Shown here: positions 62,001 through 64,000 of the stretch, piece by piece | How the letters are laid out: each line of letters begins with the position of its first letter | Position numbering within the stretch: position 1 is the stretch's first letter | DNA from: Mytilus edulis | Lineage: Eukaryota | Reading direction: 5' to 3' | Assembly (NCBI RefSeq): GCF_963676685.1 | Contig: NC_092344.1 | Span: 106,516,001 to 106,580,000, forward strand | DNA: 64,000 nt | Program-made: the position numbers and the translations under genes | The notes under the pieces: model-generated | What the model saw: the letters and a program-made list of their open reading frames with translations, nothing else | Database searches by the model: none | What the model was told of the DNA's origin: nothing

Positions 62001-63755
62001 TCTGACAATGAAGTGCTGAAAACAATTAAGCGTCGTTATATCACAGGATTTGAGGTTACTCCATGTTTCGCAGCTATAAAGAACGCTTGGTAAGACAACA
62101 GTTTTGTATAATTTAACTAATACAGACGGATTAGTTGCTCTTGACATTACTCCTTTCAATGCGAAGTATGTGTTTTTACCTTTTCTACAAGCATTTATAG
62201 TTCTGTTCTTAGTATTGAATCGAGAATTAAGTTCAATACCTATATGTATTGATACTAACAGTTTTGGTTTTTCATTATATATCATTAAAAAATGTGATAA
62301 CATTCTTGAATTAAGGCATTACTTTCATATGTATTAATTCTTTTACAGCAAGGAATATTGGATATTTTGTATGATTTATTTCGACTACAAGTACCAGAAT
62401 TTACAGAAGATTTCTCAGAGGCACTTCTTAGTGTGGGTAGGTTACTTTGATATGAATAATTGTTTTTTAATTACCAGTTTGATATCTAGATATTCATTGT
62501 GATAGACAATGCTTGAAATCCATTAAACTGTCACAACTTTCTGTTTATAAGAAATAATTCAGACTATTGTTGAAATCCATATGGTGACTTATATTTGCTA
62601 ATTTCTGTGTTATTTGGTCTTTTGTGGACAGTTGTCTCATTTGAAATCATACCATATCTTCTAATTTTTATATGACATGCTCACCGATTTTAAAGTGCTG
62701 TTAGAATTTGCCTTTATTTGAAACAACTCAGAGCAACAGTCCAGAAAATCAGGAAAATATTTATGTTTTTTTTGAAATATGTGAGTTTTTAATGCTATTT
62801 TGTAAAAGAATATAACTAAAACATCTAAATATTGTTTTGATAGATCCATCAGTGATGAAGGATACATGGAGGCTTACAGAAGGATTTGTTACAGAGGAAG
62901 GAAAGTCTACACTGCCTCATATGGCTAAAATTAGGTAATGGTCATGAAATGGATTCTCTTAGAATAGCCTCAATTCATAAATCAGAATCTTAAATAAAAT
63001 GGTCAATGATGACATGTTTAAGGCAATACTATTTTTAACTGTCGATGAAATTAAGTAACAAGAAAATATAGGGAAACAGATAACAGTCTTGTAGCAAAAG
63101 TTGGATAATTTGTACAGCGCCATATGATTTTTTTTACTACAACTAATAACTTAAATATTGAATCGTGTATGTTACACCATATTTCAATATCATTATAAGT
63201 GTTTAACATCTTTTTATTTTGCAGGCCTAATTTGGTAGAAAATCATATAGCATTGATATTATTTGCCTGGATAGGAGCTGGAATTCTAGAGGTTAGTTTG
63301 TTTAAATCTTACTAAAAAAAAATCTTAGAAATAAGAAAACCTGTACACATTTTTATGATGAATTATGCAGGAAGTTCATGGAAATATTGGGAAAAAAATA
63401 GTTAAGAATAATACACAAGTTATCAACCAGGACAACCAGGACATGCTTGGAAAAATTAGAAAAAATTGTTGAAATGTTTCCATATCCCTTTCTGAAACAC
63501 TCATATGATTTCATAATACTTTATTTTTATTTGTGGAGTAACCAGAGTGCCCAAGGTAAAAACTTGAGATTTGGCAAGTATTTACCAAACTTAATGAGAG
63601 ATTATTGTAAATTGTTTGAAAAAATAGAAGTAAATGATTGATATGAATTGATATAAATAAATTATCTCTTGTAGGCTTTAGTTGAAGTTATCATCAGCAG
63701 CAGTACAAAGTTATCTATAAGGGCAACAATATTGTTAGGAGAGCTGTTACATTTG
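46947..63755 (+). CDS. RICTOR: Rapamycin-insensitive companion of mTOR (mTORC2 subunit), N-terminal exons 1-13; gene continues beyond the window
   Basis: Exons 46947-47004, 47096-47143, 50174-50333, 52839-52970, 55667-55857, 56452-56624, 56902-56969, 58423-58490, 60720-60802, 62349-62436, 62844-62934, 63225-63291 and 63675-63755 splice in frame. The product MAAVG...RNDSGDE...DNLKEIL...RKLGYLN...HEAKEVRAA...NEVERIHA...AIGNDGNHERDRMVR...RINESL...LLNHPRTR...LAPFTDCHY...SWPG...RATILLGELLH matches the human RICTOR N-terminus as I recall it. Confidence 0.95.
47096..47143 (+). CDS. RICTOR: RICTOR exon 2 (RNDSGDEVFRLDFTK)
   Basis: ttcag acceptor, GT donor; RNDSG motif. Confidence 0.88.
47528..47916. 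mobile_element. MITE with ~45-bp TIRs containing a nested smaller MITE (47644-47798)
   Basis: AGGGCTCTTCACGGTTAGTTC...GGGGGCAGATTT / AAATCTGCCCCC...GAACTAACCTTGAAGAGCCCT; inner GGGGATAGGA / TCCTATCCCC. Confidence 0.85.
48080..48292. mobile_element. Tc1/mariner-type MITE
   Basis: TACTGTGGATTCATTT / AAATGAATCCACAGTA terminal inverted repeats including TA. Confidence 0.85.
49527..49838 (-). repeat. Inverted copy of the abundant interspersed repeat
   Basis: aagaagatgtggtatgattgccaatg...gtggcggggttaaacatgt is the reverse complement of 20790-21097. Confidence 0.8.
50174..50333 (+). CDS. RICTOR: RICTOR exon 3
   Basis: PTDNLKEIL...RKLGYLN; AG/GT bounded. Confidence 0.9.
50496..51808 (+). mobile_element. 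Helentron-associated non-autonomous element (HINE/DINE-like) with internal ~155-bp tandem repeats
   Basis: subTIR TTATACGACCGCA at the 5' end; TGCGGTCGTATAA at 51769-51781 followed by a short hairpin and T-run; internal repeats marked by aggaattagggg near 50701, 50861, 51021, 51171 and 51336. Confidence 0.8.
52839..52970 (+). CDS. RICTOR: RICTOR exon 4
   Basis: LRISLFHEAKEVRAATLRVLRYFIQD; AG/GT bounded. Confidence 0.92.
53419..55344 (+). repeat. 37-bp minisatellite, ~52 copies, in RICTOR intron 4
   Basis: (agatataacatgttttacataagttgtttaagatgtt)n with three variable positions. Confidence 0.97.
55667..55857 (+). CDS. RICTOR: RICTOR exon 5
   Basis: NEVERIHAIKLIRK...GNDGNHERDRMVR; AG/GT bounded. 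Confidence 0.92.
56452..56624 (+). CDS. RICTOR: RICTOR exon 6
   Basis: NPELLSLCGG...RINESLVSTILYLLNHPRTR; AG/GT bounded. Confidence 0.92.
56902..56969 (+). CDS. RICTOR: RICTOR exon 7
   Basis: QLLAPFTDCHYRF; AG/GT bounded. Confidence 0.9.
57099..58277. mobile_element. Non-autonomous CAGGG-ended DNA transposon with 5-bp TSD (hAT5-like)
   Basis: TIR CAGGGCTCACGCTAC / GTAGTGTGAGCCCTG; CATAT at 57094-57098 and 58278-58282. Confidence 0.82.
58423..58490 (+). CDS. RICTOR: RICTOR exon 8
   Basis: EDKEHRFASSKMAVIAIMKSWP; AG/GT bounded. Confidence 0.9.
58651..59968. mobile_element. Non-autonomous hAT transposon with 8-bp TSD
   Basis: TIR CAGGGTTTCC / GGAAACCCTG; CATATGAC at 58643-58650 and 59969-59976; subterminal TTCGCC repeats. 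Confidence 0.9.
60720..60802 (+). CDS. RICTOR: RICTOR exon 9
   Basis: ILRFCRPDGSGLQSIVGILYLPFPEIR; AG/GT bounded. Confidence 0.9.
61003..62255 (-). mobile_element. 5'-truncated LINE (RTE/RTE-X-like) 3' end with (TGAA)n tail
   Basis: Track ORFs 61839-62303 and 61194-61649 are one frame split by a single TGA. It shows an RT C-terminus (HIGI, LYKTVVLPSVLYSCETW) and a CxxC..H..C zinc motif, followed by AATAAA and (TGAA)n at 61003-61033 on the minus strand. Confidence 0.85.
62349..62436 (+). CDS. RICTOR: RICTOR exon 10
   Basis: QGILDILYDLFRLQVPEFTEDFSEALLSV; AG/GT bounded. Confidence 0.9.
62844..62934 (+). CDS. RICTOR: RICTOR exon 11
   Basis: DPSVMKDTWRLTEGFVTEEGKSTLPH; AG/GT bounded. Confidence 0.9.
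63225..63291 (+). CDS. RICTOR: RICTOR exon 12
   Basis: RPNLVENHIALILFAWIGAGILE; AG/GT bounded. Confidence 0.9.
63675..63755 (+). CDS. RICTOR: RICTOR exon 13
   Basis: ALVEVIISSSTKLSIRATILLGELLHL; AG acceptor, GTAAGT donor. Confidence 0.9.
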
Positions 63756-64000
63756 GTAAGTAATCATACATGATGATTCAATACAGAGTTATCTATAGGG
63801 GCAACAATATTGTTAGGAGAGCTGTTACATTTGGTAAGTACTCATACATGATGATTCAATACAAAGTTATCTATAAGGGCAACAATATTGTTAGGGGAGT
63901 TGTTACATTTGGTAAGTAATCATACATGATGATTCAATACAAAGTTATCTATAGGGGCAACAATATTGTTAGGAGAGCTGTTACATTTGGTAAGTACTCA
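63704..64000 (+). repeat. 78-bp tandem repeat containing the 3' part of RICTOR exon 13 and its splice donor (>=4 copies, runs off the window)
   Basis: Units start at 63704, 63782, 63860 and 63938. Confidence 0.95.

Overview
AT-rich eukaryotic genomic DNA, most likely a mytilid bivalve (inferred from the repeat families and the squid-DFPase-like gene). It holds two spliced host genes arranged head-to-head with 193 bp between their ATGs. One is a complete 5-exon DFPase-like Ca2+ six-bladed beta-propeller hydrolase gene (minus strand, 38230-46753, 311 aa). The other is the first 13 exons of RICTOR (plus strand, from 46947, running off the window). The rest is mostly mobile DNA: an apparently intact pogo/Fot-like DD35D transposon with a C-terminal PHD finger in DFPase intron 1; a 5'-truncated Neptune-type Penelope-like element (GIY-YIG); a decayed tyrosine-recombinase (Ngaro/PAT-type) retroelement with near-identical split direct repeats; a LINE 3' fragment; a Helentron-type non-autonomous element; many MITEs with 2-, 4-, 5-, 6- and 8-bp TSDs; dispersed minimal type I hammerhead ribozymes; and several tandem repeats. 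The most unusual object is a (TA)n-embedded array of three >99% identical 441-bp units next to the Penelope element. Each unit has Pol III A/B boxes, a T7 terminator immediately upstream of the next start and extensive 5'/3' end pairing, suggesting a structured Pol III RNA copied in tandem by Penelope RT. Most short ORFs in the supplied track are spurious.
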